Assembly (NCBI GenBank): GCA_965649765.1
Contig: OZ287754.1
Span: 10,478,001-10,542,000 of the forward strand
Length of the DNA stretch: 64,000 bases
Direction: 5' to 3'
From: Bispira polyomma
Taxonomy: Eukaryota
Shown: piece by piece, positions 22,667 through 36,411 of the stretch
How positions within the stretch are numbered: position 1 is the first letter of the stretch
Layout: every line of letters starts with the position of its first letter
The notes under the pieces: generated by a model
Database searches by the model: none
The model's input: the letters and a program-made list of their open reading frames with translations, nothing else
What the model was told of the DNA's origin: nothing
Program-made: the position numbers and the translations under genes

Positions 22667-24933
22667 TAGAGGACTCGAGACAAATAGGTTTGTGTGTTGC
22701 AAGTTTGAATTGTATATCTGGATGTCCTATTGAAAGTGTACATATAAATGTCATTTTAATCAGATTTATACTCATAAAAAACGCATGTATCTACCTTCAT
22801 CTTGTATTCAGAGCTCTAATTAACCCTTTTCTGACTGTAACAGTCAACAGCCTCAGTTACTGTCATTCCGCCTGAAAAGAGAGACTTGAGGATACCACCA
22901 TTTAAAGCGGTGTCATCTAAGCCACTAGGCAAATGTGTGTACACATATTGCCCAAGGATGTTATCCCATCAATGAAACTAGTGGCTGGTACCGGGAATAG
23001 AACCCAGGGCCTTCTGATCATCAGACCAACTCCCTAACTAATAGACCAAGGGGGACATTGCACATTATATGTTTAATATCTATACAGTTGAACCCTCATT
23101 TAAGTTGAACCACAAGGGACCAGAGAAAAGTAGAGCTCCATTTCTACACAAAGATTTCCACTTTAATAGGATGGATATTAAACAAAAAAGCCATTTTTGA
23201 GAGTACATAAATGGGAGATTGACCTAAAAGAGCTCTATTCAAAGGGGGTTTGACTCTTATGTTAGGTATTTGTAGCTTAATTGTAGCTTGTAGCTTAGAG
23301 GTCATTTTCTCATAAAATTAATGTAACAATATGCACATGAAATGGTTCATGGATTCTTTTAATTAAATTAATTACCGGTTCCGCTCGCCATCTCGCCCAT
23401 GTTCGCGTAAACGCCCACCCCCAACTTTTCAAATATTACGGAAAACGGCCAATTAATTTTGCAAAAAACGTATCATATAACAACAAATACCATAAAAAAT
23501 GTATGAAAAACCGATGTTTTTATATGCAAAACTTTGTAAAACATACCAGTTTAAGGTAACTTGGTCATATAAACAGCCATCATTTGCCCTTCCTGTGTAC
23601 ACTAACAATGGTGACATTTTCTCACCTGGGAGCACCTGTAATTTCCGGTACACAGTTAAAGATAAAAACAACAAAATAGGGCTGTTTTTCGCAAGAAATT
23701 GTATGTATTTGTTGATTATTATATTTAACAGATAAAATAGGGGATTTTGTTGTACTTCATGTCATTTTATAGGATTGAAGCGAAAAACGAGTTCGCGTAA
23801 CGGCACATTCTCGCAAACACCCACCCCCAACTTCTTTGAATTTTCATCGTTTTCGCCCCTGGGCGCTTCCGAGAGTGGAACCGTTAACATCAGACACAAG
23901 TATGACTGTTCAGTTTCACATATCTCCTTTATGTTTAAGGGATCAAAGTCATTTTTACATAAAATTAATGTTAAAATATGCATATAATAAAGTTCATAGA
24001 CTCTTTTAATGAAAATATTTTTCAATAATTTAAGTTACAACCCTCATTGGCTTCCCATATGATAAACTAGAAATAATTCTTAAATATTTCTTCAATGTAT
24101 CAAAATAAGCTGATGTCTTCATATGATTAAATGATACCTTCCAATCAAGAAATTAACAGAAAGATAAAATATAATATTATTAATGCACAGGTAATTCTCA
24201 GGATTATAAAGCTAATAAGATTACTTAAAGATGTACAGTTGATTGCTTTGAAGTTTGAAGAAAACCATTTGGATGCAATAGGCTTTTTTACACTAAATTA
24301 TAAGGGCTTCTCACCTAAATGTTCTTTCTTAGGTGTTTTTTTTCATTCAAAGAAACATCAAATACCATTCAATGTAAAAGGATAAATTTTATAAAGGCCT
24401 GACATATTTTGGTTGATATATAAGCTGAAGTGTTCCAGTTATGTTCATTCTTGATTTAATAATCAGTACCATAGATAGGTCAATTAAAAATCAATTTAAA
24501 GAAATTTAAAAAAAGAAAAGAAAATTACTAGTCAACAACCAAATTTAAAAACAAGACATGAATACTACCTTTTGACAAAGTATGTTCTTCAATGGATTAC
24601 AAAAGTAAAGTTCACATTTAAAGCCTACATTTGCTTTTAAAAATTCTAATTTTTTTTTTAAATGTTACATCTTTTTGGATTATTTTTAAATCTGTTTTAA
24701 AAGTTTGAATTGCTACAAATTAATCAAATTTCAGATATTCTAAAATAATGTTTGATGTTATGACCACTTTTGTATAATTTGAATATTTTTTGTGACTTTT
24801 TTAACTGAGCATAGAATTGAAACTGTATTTTACTTCAGATATGAACTATAATTTACATTAACTTTCACATATTTATTAGTTCAAAGTTGTTTCAATACAG
24901 TTTCAAACATTGAAATAACTTATTAAACTTATT

Positions 24934-25116
24934 TCAGGGAATATGTGTATTCCCTGACGCTTAAAATCAGGGAATACTTGTATTCTTTGAAAATTTTAGG
25001 CAATACGCGTATTCCCTAACCAAAACAGGGATACTGAATATGTGCAACAACTACCTAATAATATCAGGAAATACGTGTATTCACTGAAATTTTCAGAGAA
25101 TACGCATATTCCCTGA
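24934..25116. repeat. Cluster of five 24-bp palindromes (consensus TCAGGGAATACGCGTATTCCCTGA)
   Basis: Copies start at about 24934, 24967, 24996, 25064, 25092. Confidence 0.85.
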
Positions 25117-25587
25117 TTCCACATATTCACTGTAACATAAATGTATATGTTTGTATCCAACATATAATGTGAAATGTATATCAGATAAAATTGTTTATGT
25201 TTTGACTTTGTACATATATATTGTTAAAGCCAAAAACACTTATCTGTAAATTATGTCATATTTGTGTTATGTATAGATTATACAAAATCATTTTAATGTT
25301 TGATAGCTGTATAAAATGCACTGATTTAATTGATTTAGTTTTTTATAAAATAGAAAATTACCACAGCTTTAGTTTCTCTTGCTCAAACCATTTGTTGTTA
25401 CCATAAATTTGTGTGGTCCTATAATTGTATTTTTGGGTCACTCACCACATGGTTAGAGAGCAGATCCTCTCATTGATGGGTCCTACAGTGTAGCCTTCCT
25501 TCAACACCTTCACTTGTAGTACTGTAAACTATGCAGTGTTGTCTAATGTTCGTTATAACACAAAACTCAGGCCACTATCAGCAGCCA

Positions 25588-25956
25588 AGACTGAGTTTGT
25601 TTTCTGTCCTCCACAACGCTTTGATTAACTGACTGTACACATGGCCAGAACATAGTTGTTTACAATACCAATTCGATGTAAATGTGTAACAGCACCTATA
25701 ACCAAAAAACTCTCATCTTTCCATTTAGTCTACTTGTTGTATATTGATTAATACAATAGCCGTACACAATATTATAACCAACCTAAAAGTACTTGATTAA
25801 TTGAATATCATTATTCGAAAATATTGCCTTATCTTTTCCGTTGTATAGTAAACTTCTGTGTCAAATTTGCAACAATTTGCTATGGCAAAGCACTCTGTCC
25901 CTCGGTATACGCACAGTCAGTTAATCAAAGCATTGTCGAGGACAGCAAACTCGGTC
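25588..25956. mobile_element. MITE with ~45-bp TIRs
   Basis: ctgtcctccacaacgctttgattaactgactgt / acagtcagttaatcaaagcattgtcgaggacag. Confidence 0.6.
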
Positions 25957-26169
25957 TATCAGCATCCAGAGCTGTATAATTCCCAACCAAACTTCTCTAT
26001 ATGTTGAAAATGTGACTTCTTCAGCAAGAAGGCTGAACACAGAATGCATCCCTCAAATCCTCAACCTTCCTCTCAAACTTCCGGTATCTAGCTGATCCTA
26101 CATTATAGCTGCTCATATATCTTGGAACACTACAGTATTACAAATGTGATATAAATTCTATTAATGTTA

Positions 26170-27000
26170 ATAATAATGTTTTTACTTCTAAAGCGCCACA
26201 ATGGATGACTAGGCATCCTCTGTGGCCCATATCCTAATAAGTGTGCGAAAAGATAGTCTGGTAGAGCTGATACAGATGTGCTTTGAGATTTTTCTGAAAC
26301 CTGTGATTTTTTCTCTCAGTCCGAAGACTGGTAGGGAGGCTTTTCCACAGATTTAATCGAAGTCAGGCAGCTAGAAAGCTGTTCTAGGACCTGGGAACAA
26401 TTTTTGTGAGTGAGGGAGCAGTAGGTCTGTGGGTAAACTTGTTGGACCTACTTTTAAATAGAAGACATTTTGAACACTAGCTGGTAGTGCAGTGTGAGGT
26501 TTACCTCAAAGAAATGCAAGATTGGCCACCATTGTATTTGTATTGTATTTTTTATTTTTAACAAGCCTTATTGATGCAAGGCATCTTCTAAAGCACTACA
26601 ACAGAATTGGTCAACCAATCAAGAGAAGTACAAAAAATTATGTAATGAAGGATGTGGGGGGTGTACAGAGATAGGTTGTAAATTTTTCTTAAAGCCCAAT
26701 AAGTGTTTCTAATGATCTAAGCTAAACAGGGAGACAATTCACTAACGTGGGGGCAGCGATTGAGAAAGCTCTAGATCCAGCACATCTTGGTGGGTTTTAC
26801 AGAGGAAACAGATTTATGTATTGCTAGTGGCCAGAATATACAGAGAATTTTTTTTGGCAAACTCCGTCCCGAGGGTTCACAAAAACCTTGGCCTTACAAC
26901 TCCCCATCTTGTTGTCTATTATCTGCTGCAACTGGTGTCCCTTCCAAAGTTAAATTGGTATCTGAAAGCTCAGCCTCAGCAGTCCTGTTGTGTCTACAAT
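26170..27000 (-). mobile_element. Two degraded L2-clade LINE 3' fragments
   Basis: Minus-strand translations LWKSLPTSLRT...GFRKNLKAHLY (about 26270-26350) and AGSRAFSIAAP (about 26745-26783). Confidence 0.6.
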
Positions 27001-30000
27001 GGTCGCAAACTCCAAGTGCTTTATTTTATTAGATTTTTGATTTTTAACACGCCTTATTGATGCTAAGCAGAATTTCAACTTGACAGGGTAGATTTAAAAA
27101 GGAAAAGGCTCTTGTGGGTGACAGACATTTCTCCACATAAAAGGGCTATTGACTCAATAAGAGTTCCACAAAGTGCTGGTCAACAAAAGGCCAGTTGTGT
27201 CAAAACATCAAAACATATTGTGATCTTTTTGAAAGATCAATTAACTTGCTTTCGTCCTTCAAGGCTTTCAAATTGGCTGCTCATTTAATGCTGATGGAGT
27301 TTTCCATGGAAAAATAGACATATATATAAGCAATGTAATATCATCTTCATCAATATTTTATTTAAAAAAATTATTTCTGTATAAAAATATGACAACAAAC
27401 AACAAATCGCTCTTTTGTTTTAAATAACACAATATATTACCTGTACACAATATATTACCTGAACACAATATATTACCTGTACACAGTTTAATTGCATCAC
27501 ACTTTTGTAAATTTAAAATACATGTATAACAAAATAAAATTTTGCCAATTTTACAAAAAAGATTTGTCATAAACTTATATTTGTACATTGTAGTGCAAAA
27601 ATATAAGGCTATATCTTCAATAGATTGGGTACACATTAATTATATACAAGGGTTACAGGTAACATTTTGGCTTCAACGAGTACTGTACTCTTCAATCTAA
27701 GAATGGTGGAGTACTAAAGAAATTAGAGGAGATGAAAAGGTAGAAATAACGCATGAATTAAGTAAAATTGCATTAATTAACCTAATATGCGCATAATTTG
27801 AATCTTAATCATGTATTTTGTTTGCAAAGCACACTTTTATAGTTCTTATTTTTGTAAATATGATGGAGTATAATATCGCCCTTCAAAATATGCGTAGAAT
27901 ACTCTAGCTATTATCTGTAGCCCATATATATATGGTAGGTGCATGAGATATCGAGGATGTAAACAAGCCCATAGTACCTCGCCATAACTAATAGTACAAA
28001 AATATTTGATTTTTAATATGCAAATTGGTTAATATTGCTTTTAATTAATTATATACTAACAATATTTCTATTTTTTTTACCAATAAAAATTGCCATGTTC
28101 AACATTTAGAACAAACGTAAAACACTGATCCTTGGATTCGGATGCTCCTTGATATCCCCAAGCACTGACTATATGTAATAAATAACAAGGTCACTAGAGT
28201 ACACACAACAATGCCAGAACACATTAATAAACAAGGGTTGTCTTTTAAAAAGACAGAGGTGACATATGGCCACTATAAATTTTTTTTTGATAGGCGCCTG
28301 ATAATATATTAATCTGATACACCTCAGGTTGGACTTTGCTTCCAAACAATCTATAAAGGCTTTACTTACTGGCGGCGTCATTTTCAGAATGACAACAACA
28401 TCAGGCTTCGCCTGATAAAAAATAAATTACTACAACTGACAATAAATAAAGGCAGCATAATTTGGGTTAAAGTGTACAAACATAATAAACATAACATACA
28501 AACAAAGACACACATAAGACATCTAAAAATAAATTACTATAAAGCAATTGGTATTTGACATATTCTCTTTTAAAGTTAATATATGTAAAAGTATACATTA
28601 CTAAATACTCAGGCATCTGATACGTTTCATATTTCTGCATTTGAGAAATCACATTTTAAGACACATATGTGTACATTATATAACATTGTGGACTGATCAT
28701 AGTCCTATATGTGCACATTATGTTATTACATACTGCTTATTGCATTGGGTTTAGTCTCAACAACTGAGAAAAATTACAATTGATGCAATTGATATAATTT
28801 AGTGTGTACTTGTGTAAAAGAAAGTACTCTGATCAAACTAAACATGCATTACTTCATGTAAACTAGTTGTTTTGACATATTTTGTAAAATTGGACAAAAA
28901 CTGAAGTGACTTTAAATTGACTCTTATTCAAACAAACACAGATACATTTAACAGTGATTTTTAAACATACAGTAGAACCTCTATTATCCAAACTTGTTTT
29001 AATCCAAATATTCGATTTTTAGGAACTCATTTTCACTCTTACAAATTTAAAGTTTTTTCTATAGTTGAATACAAAAATGCATTTTATACTTTATGAATCT
29101 TTTATTATCCAAACCAAATCATACTATCACAAAATTATGTTTGGATAATCAAGATTTCTACTGTATCTTGTTTAGACTGGGCATAGAAATATACTTTTAA
29201 ATCATTAAATGATTGTATCCATATCAGATATGTTAAAAATATAAGCAATGTTTTCAAACTCCATCTTTAAATATGCAGATATAAATAGCAGATATATATG
29301 TACACACACAGATATAAACCAGTACCATAAAAGCTTTGAATGATCACACATTTGATCAAGTATATTTTTGAATGCAACTTACTCATAACCTAGAAGTCTA
29401 ATAACATTACACTGAAATGTAGTTCTTTTATTAAATTCATAAATAACCAACAAGATTTTTACAAATTTTTTCACTTCTATCAAGGAATTCTTATTCAACA
29501 GTTCTTTTCAGGCATATCTCTTCTTTTTTTTGAAATTTATCGAAATGGTTCCCTCCATCTGTTAAAAGAAGAGCATCCAAAAGAAAGACACCAACATTCT
29601 TAATCTTAAACAAGAGTTGTCTCTTTTTAAAAATAGACATAGATTACACAGTGTGAGAAATAATAAATCTGACACTCGTTCAGGCCAGGTCAATTGATTC
29701 AAACCCAATCTTTGTACATATTATTTCCAACATGGCAGTGCTCTCCAGCATGGTCACACCTTTTTCAAAGTGACAAAATAATAAACCCCCCCCCCCCCCC
29801 CTCCCCCCGAAAGAAAACAGAGCATTCTCCCCTCTCTGTCCTACCTTTGATATTGGTAATAGTGAATCCGGTACAAAAATGTGGATTCCTCCCATTACTA
29901 AAGAAACCAAAGTAAAGCCCCCCCCCCACCCCCCACCTCCTACTTTTCACAAGCGTTTATGTTCTGATGTTCTACATCTTAATTTAGATTCAACTATGTT

Positions 30001-30653
30001 GGTGTGTATACAATTACCACTTCCATTGGTAAGTGTAAGCATGCTTTACATTGTATTTTTGCTTCCAAAAATTCGAAAACCCATTGAGCATATAATATAC
30101 ATAGTACAAAGAACCTCTATTATCTGAACATTTGATTTTATGAATGGTTTTCCAATGTCCTAAATTGATGTTTTGCTGCTGTTTTAGACAGAAGAAACAC
30201 AGCTTATAAACTTTATGCCGTCTGAACAAAATCTAGCTACTCTCAACATATTTCAGATATTAGAGTTTTCTACCTTATATTACTGCTTTCCATCACTTGT
30301 AAGCATGCTTTACTTTTATATTCCCTTTCAAATATTTGAAAAATCACTTTTTACATGACATATATATAGAATATACAGTATACCTCTGAATAAAGAACAC
30401 CGCTCTAGAATGCACAACTTTTACCAGTCCAGTTTTAGCTATCAAGGAATTGTACACCGTTTCTGAATGGTAAACACCACCTGTTTCCAGTAAATATTTT
30501 GGCTGGGTCTAACTTCATGGAGGTTTTACCATACCAGAAAGCCCTTTACAACTGCCCTCTCCTTCTGACTGCCCTGCCTCTCCTTTTGAGCTCTGGTTCA
30601 CTATATGGAGGTTATACTATACTATAGCAAGTCCTTTGTCAGTCCAGAATCCC

Positions 30654-32655
30654 TTATACTGTACTCTCCTTATGACCCCCATGCTTCTCTTTCTCTATCA
30701 GCTCTGGCCGATACATGGGGTTATCTGCAAGTCTGGCCAGCCTCTCTGCCAGGTGGCTCTGTTCTGTGTCCCTCAGGATCTGCAGGAAGTCGTCGTAGAG
30801 TCCCTTAGTGCCCCTGAGGATGTACTGAGAGAGGATGTAGTCGTTCTTCTCCTGTGTGGACATCAGCGAGATCTTCTCCTTGGCATCCAGATCCAGGTGT
30901 AACCTGGCAAAGAGTTTGGTGATCACACGTTCTGGCTTCATCATGGATTGCAGCATGCTGTAGTTCCTCTGTACCTGAGTGCGCTGGACTTTGTTCAGGG
31001 GAGAGTCTGAAAGTCAACATAGAAAAAGAGACGTATCAATATGTATTAATATGGTCCATTTGTGTTCAGGGGAAAGCCTGAAAGTAAACTTAACTCAAAA
31101 GGTGTATTTAGATAAACAGTATCTAGTCCCTTCATACACAATCACATATTTCGTTATAAAGCATCTCTTCTACAGATCATGCATGGCTTAATGTTCATGC
31201 ACATGTTGTATTTATTTGATACATACAGTAGAACCTCGTTGATTCGAATATTCTCTTGTCTACATATTCTATTTTATTACCACCCTTTAACTCTCCCAAA
31301 TTTAAATTTTTGTATTTGTTTTAACACACAAATGCCTCTTCTAGTTTACGAACCTTGAATTATCTGAACAAAATCTTTCTCTTCCAACATGTTTGGAAAA
31401 CAGAGGTTCTACTGTATTTAATCGTTTAATAGAATTTTGTTTTGGCAACCCTATTGACTCTATTACACTAAAACCTCTATTATCCAAACTTCTATTATCC
31501 GAATATTCTATTTTATAAACATATTTTAATACCACAAATTTAGGTTTTCCTATTTTTTCAATACAACAATGCCCCTTCTAGTTTATGTATATATATATAC
31601 ATACACGTGTCTGAAATAAAGATATGTATTTATCAGTATTATTAATTACCTTTTGTCTGCGGTTCCTCCTCAATACATTCCGAAAACGTAGAGCGGACTG
31701 GTGAAAAGGACTGGCGCGGGTGTTTGTTGGCTACCACTACTGTACCAGTGTCTCCCCCATGATAGGTATACCGATACGCCTGCTGCTCGGCGACGAGTGG
31801 TTGCGAGTGGGGTAACCTATTGTAGGTGGAGTTCAGGGAAGATACTGAGGAATTCATTAGTAGTGGTCTCTGGTTATTGATGTCTGCCATACTCTGATTA
31901 TAGTCTGCTTGTAGGGAGATCAGATCCACGTTTACATGGCTACACAGTGCGTCCGTGGAACAGTAACCGGAAGAGTTTCTATGAGCTCCCTCATGTATCA
32001 TCAATGACTGGAGGCTTCTATTTCTCATCATGGCTGCAGTTCTTTTCTCCAGTTCTTCCAACCTTTCGGGCAGTCGCATTAGTTCCTCCTGTCGCTTTGT
32101 TTCCTCATCGTACTCTTCGAACAGGGCCACGATCTGATCGCAGTCATTCTCGATGGCGATGTCCTTGGCCGTCTGACCTTGGTTGTCCTTGACCGTGGGT
32201 TTTGTATAGGCCATGAGCCGCTTCGCCGCCCCGTAGTTGTTGCTGAGGCAAGCCAGGTGGAACGGGGTTTGACCTTGAACCTTGTCCTTGACACTGGGCC
32301 TGGCGCCCATATCCAGCAGGTGCCCTATGACCTCTGGCTGAGTGTTGTTGTAGTAACAGGCAAAGTGGAGTGGGGTCAGGCCTGACTCAGTCTTGTTTTC
32401 CAAAGTGGCCCCGTTCCGGAACATCAGTTTGACCACTTCCAGTGAACCTTTGGAACACGCTATGTGTATCGGGTACACTTCTTCTGTTATGTGGGCGGAC
32501 CAAATCATCGGCACGGCCATCTTGATTTTACCCTTGATCAACCTCCGGAGATTTTCGATGTCACCATCGAGTATCGCCTGTACGAACATGTTGCCATACT
32601 TTTGTATTCTATTTGCTCCAGTACCCGTAAGTCTTCTGTATAACTTAGACGCCAT
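30654..32655 (-). CDS. Ankyrin-repeat, coiled-coil and C-terminal CARD (death-fold) protein, 452 aa; exons 32655-31650 and 31006-30654
   Basis: Exon 1 has about 4-5 ankyrin repeats (YPIHIAC, GLTPLHFAC, GQTPFHLAC, GQTAKDIA), then an E/R-rich helix and a low-complexity linker. Donor AAAG|gtaatt, acceptor tttcag|, phase 1. Exon 2 reads QRNYSMLQSMMKPERVITKL...TQEKNDYIL...RGTKGLYDDFLQILRDTEQSHLAERL, a CARD-like pattern. Confidence 0.85.
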
Positions 32656-32983
32656 ACTCAAGTTTAATATACTTAGTCCAGCTTTTGTTTCCTTTGAATT
32701 GTTAGTTAAAGTATATATATATATATGTTTTTTTTTCTTTTGCTAGCTATTATATATGTAAATATAAGTATAAGCTGGCAAAAAGAACTGTATAAATTTC
32801 ATTAAAAAAAACTTCAATCAATTATAGTTCCAAGATATAATAAACTAAATACAGACTGATACATCACAGTTCCAGATTTTACAACAGTATATTTGTGTGT
32901 GTCAAAACTGACACTCAATGTTTTAAGAAACAATTGTTTTTTCTCTGATTAATTACTTCTTCACACTACTAGATCTAAATTCT

Positions 32984-33261
32984 AACTGATTGAAATATCC
33001 CCCCTAACATCTCACTATATATATCAACACTTACACACATGACACATATACAGTTATTGATTTGTGGGATACACAGAGTGCAAGCTGATCATATAGACCT
33101 CAATAACATGAAGAGGAGCTGTTTTTTGTTAATAAAGAGAATCTTCAGAGAGTGAGTCATCGTATGTATAAACCACGTGACAACTTTTGCTGACTACACC
33201 ACAAAGAGTTTGTTTACTACAAATCTGTGTATAGTCTTTCACCGGGGAAAACCCTGATTCA
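32984..33261 (-). promoter_or_regulatory. Putative promoter of the ANK-CARD gene: Inr, TATA, AP-1, E-box and kB-like sites
   Basis: On the - strand TCAGTT (32989-32984) lies about 30 nt downstream of TATATATAG (33023-33015). Also TGAGTCA 33153-33159, CACGTG 33174-33179, GGGGAAAACCC 33244-33254 and TGATTCA 33255-33261. Confidence 0.45.
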
Positions 33262-35747
33262 TTATTTTGTTTTAAATAAAAGTACTAGTTTAATAGTTTG
33301 TACACACAAAAAGTATCATTTAATTAGCGACAAGTTATTCACTTTTATGTACAAGCACATTTATGTCTATCTACCTAGTTTAGGTTAAAACTTAAATATA
33401 AATGAATAGGTGAGTTTTAAAAAATGACACATTCATTTCACCTACTTAATTTTGCTATGTCATGCAATTACATGTATATCTACAAATTTTATCATACAAA
33501 GCTCGTAGGATTAATGAAGTATACATATACATAACTGTTACTAAATTTAGACCTACTTGTCAAATAACTGCATATATACATATATGTATACTGGTATAAT
33601 CTATTATTACACAAGTGTTGTCGTGCTGAAATATAATTGATTATGACGTCTGCAGTGAGTTCTAATGAATATATATATATATTTATATAGTCTTTACACT
33701 GAACATAAGAATGAGGAAATTAAATATTTGAAAGATATCTGGTTATTTCAAGAAAATATGTCATCCAAAAACCTTTATTTTAACTGCAACTTTTTTTAAA
33801 AGTGTTCTCATTAAACAGTATTTTTTTTAGGTTTATTTAGAAATAGGGTATATACTTTTAAAATAGATATGTAATAATTAAAGAATACACTGACATAGCA
33901 ATTAATTATAATGCAGTTTATTTATATACGTATATGCGTGTATTAATATTTAAATCAGGCTACCATGTAACACTTTTCCCGCCCATATAACTGGGGAAAA
34001 TTACATCAGGTAATTTATTACTTGGTACACATAGAATCTACATGTACTATATACCCGCTTTAAAAGTGTTCAATAATTTGAACTGAGGCATAAATTGGAG
34101 CTATAAAAAACCCAAGCGGTATGCATTGCCATTGAAGTGTCACTACATTATTTTCAAAAAATTCATTCAAAAAGGTTGTTTTAGTTGGGTTGGGTTTTAT
34201 AATAGATAAACACCTCGTGGCACTTACATTATGTAAACTTAATGGTGTACGAGGACCTTTAGGCATAATGTAGTGCCACTTGGCGTTTATCTATATAATA
34301 ATGACTGCATTTTATTACAGCCTTAAAGCTTGTATGTGACGGGATATATATGTAGTAGATGTGAAAATCGATTGTATATAGTCTACTTATTTTATGGGAA
34401 TTTTACAAATAAATTATTAATTTTTAATATTTTTATTTATATAAACACATGTATAAATGACATGTTACAAAGCACATTGTATTGAAAATAAATCATTTTT
34501 ATATATATAATATATACACATCAAAGCTAGTTAATTCTAAATACATCTCAAATGTTCTCTCTCTAATGTTTAAAATATAATTTATTATAACAAAATTTAT
34601 TTGGTTGGTTTAAAAATAAATAATTTAATATGTCAAGACAAAAAGAAAAACAAATATTGCGCAGTTAACTCGGCTATTTCGAGGTGGGGTGGGGGAGAGA
34701 GGGGTTTCTAATTAATTTCGAAATAATTTCAGAGAAATCCAACTCGTCAATAATTCCCCCCCCCCCCCCCCCCCTCTCCTTTGTGGTTACACCCCCACTA
34801 CCACCATGACATAATCTGTGCTCTCCAACATTTCCCTGACCGGACCTTAATGCTGAAATATGGTCTTCCTTAAGGGGAAATTGATTCACTGCCAAGCCCA
34901 AGTGCTTTGTGTTGTGAAAAGGTGTGTTTGCACAATTGGACCATTTTATTGCTTTGCTTCTGTTAATATAATACAACCATAACTAACTCGCGTGTTTTGT
35001 AGTTTGTGCCAACTGACACGTTAAATATTAAATATAATAATAGATTCTAATATAGCTTAACGACAACTTAAAATAATTAAAAGTTTCTTGCGGTAGCATT
35101 TATTAATAGTAATAATTTTATTTATGACAAAATTAAAAGCGTTTTCACACACACTAGGGTATAAAAAATTACATTAAACAGTAAGTTATTATTAGTAATC
35201 ATTTTTATTCATAAGAAAATTAAAAGCATTCTTACACAATCAATTTATTAAGTTAAATTAATAATAATGTGTTTTTTTTTTGAGTGTTTAAAATATTCAA
35301 GAATGAGTCTTTTACATCCCTAAAGTTTACATTTATTGACGTCTTTCATAATTGGCAACCTTTTATTTCACCTCATTAAACTAACAATTTGTCCTGTTTG
35401 TAATTGGCCATACTAGGTGACCTATGCGTGTATATACAGTAGTAATACAGTATGTAAGTTGAAGCCACATGGGGGTCACTCAAGTATTTTGTATTGTTAA
35501 GTTGAATTCTACCAGGAAATAGATTTAAATCACACAACTATTGGGCCAAAAATATAGCCCCCTCCTTTAAGTTTCATGATGACAATGTTTCAAATGTAAG
35601 AGTCATAGAATTACTACATTGTGTTTTCGTGCAGTTCCGACAGTGTGTCAACATATTTTAATTAACAGCATCACTTGAATACTTAGTAAATGATCTTAAG
35701 AGTGGTGATAAACAGTTATTGATCACTACAATTCACAAAGTGGCCTG

Positions 35748-36006
35748 GTGTCGTATTCACAAAAGGTCTTAGTCTTAACTTAGTCTTAACTTAGTCTTAA
35801 ACTTAGACCGAATGTCTATCTTAAGCTCCACATTTATGTCTAAATATTTAAGACTGCCTTACTGTTAGTCTTGGTGTTAAGAGCAAAGTTACTGTCACTG
35901 GAACTAGACCAAAATGTTAACCTTTTCGGCCCAAATCAGATACCAAAATCTTAAGACTAAAAGCTTAGGACTAAGTTAAGACTAATACCTTATGTGAATA
36001 CGGCCC
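35748..36006. mobile_element. MITE with CWG TSD and (ttagtcttaac) subterminal repeats; second copy at 1838-2088
   Basis: TIR gtgtcgtattcac / gtgaatacggccc; TSD ctg here and cag at the 1838 copy. Confidence 0.75.
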
Positions 36007-36411
36007 CTGCTAAATAGACGTCTGAGTGGGTCTTACTGGTGCATAAGTGAAGTACTGTATAAGTGAATATTTATCTGGGACCAGTTTGGACTAATTTACA
36101 GTTTTTTAGGAGTTTAAATTAAAACAAAACAGTTAATTTTCGCCAAAAAAGGTTCAATTTCCACTAGGTTTTTATTTTCACTGTCACAACTTGTTAACTA
36201 AGATAGCTCAAATTAATTCACAGTACAAATTGCATCTTAAACAGTTTATATTATCTATGTTATATTATGCTAATATTATATCTATGTTACCCATATTTTA
36301 AATTTTTTTTTTTACCAAATTATTGTCCATTCGCGTAGGCTTTGTAAGATTTATTTAATGTAATGATATTGTCTTTTCGTAAACGTTAAGAAAGTATATT
36401 CGTTTAATGTA

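Noticed and set aside
24934-25116. CRISPR-like palindromic repeats
   Set aside because: Spacers are mostly only 5-9 bp, the repeats are degenerate, the context is eukaryotic and there are no cas genes.
29786-29940. Poly-C runs (G-quadruplex potential on the - strand) downstream of ANK-CARD
   Set aside because: Simple homopolymer tracts, absent from the paralog and error-prone in sequencing.
31947-32746. Plus-strand ORFs overlapping the ankyrin exon (also 55841-56516)
   Set aside because: Antisense shadows of a GC-richer coding exon.
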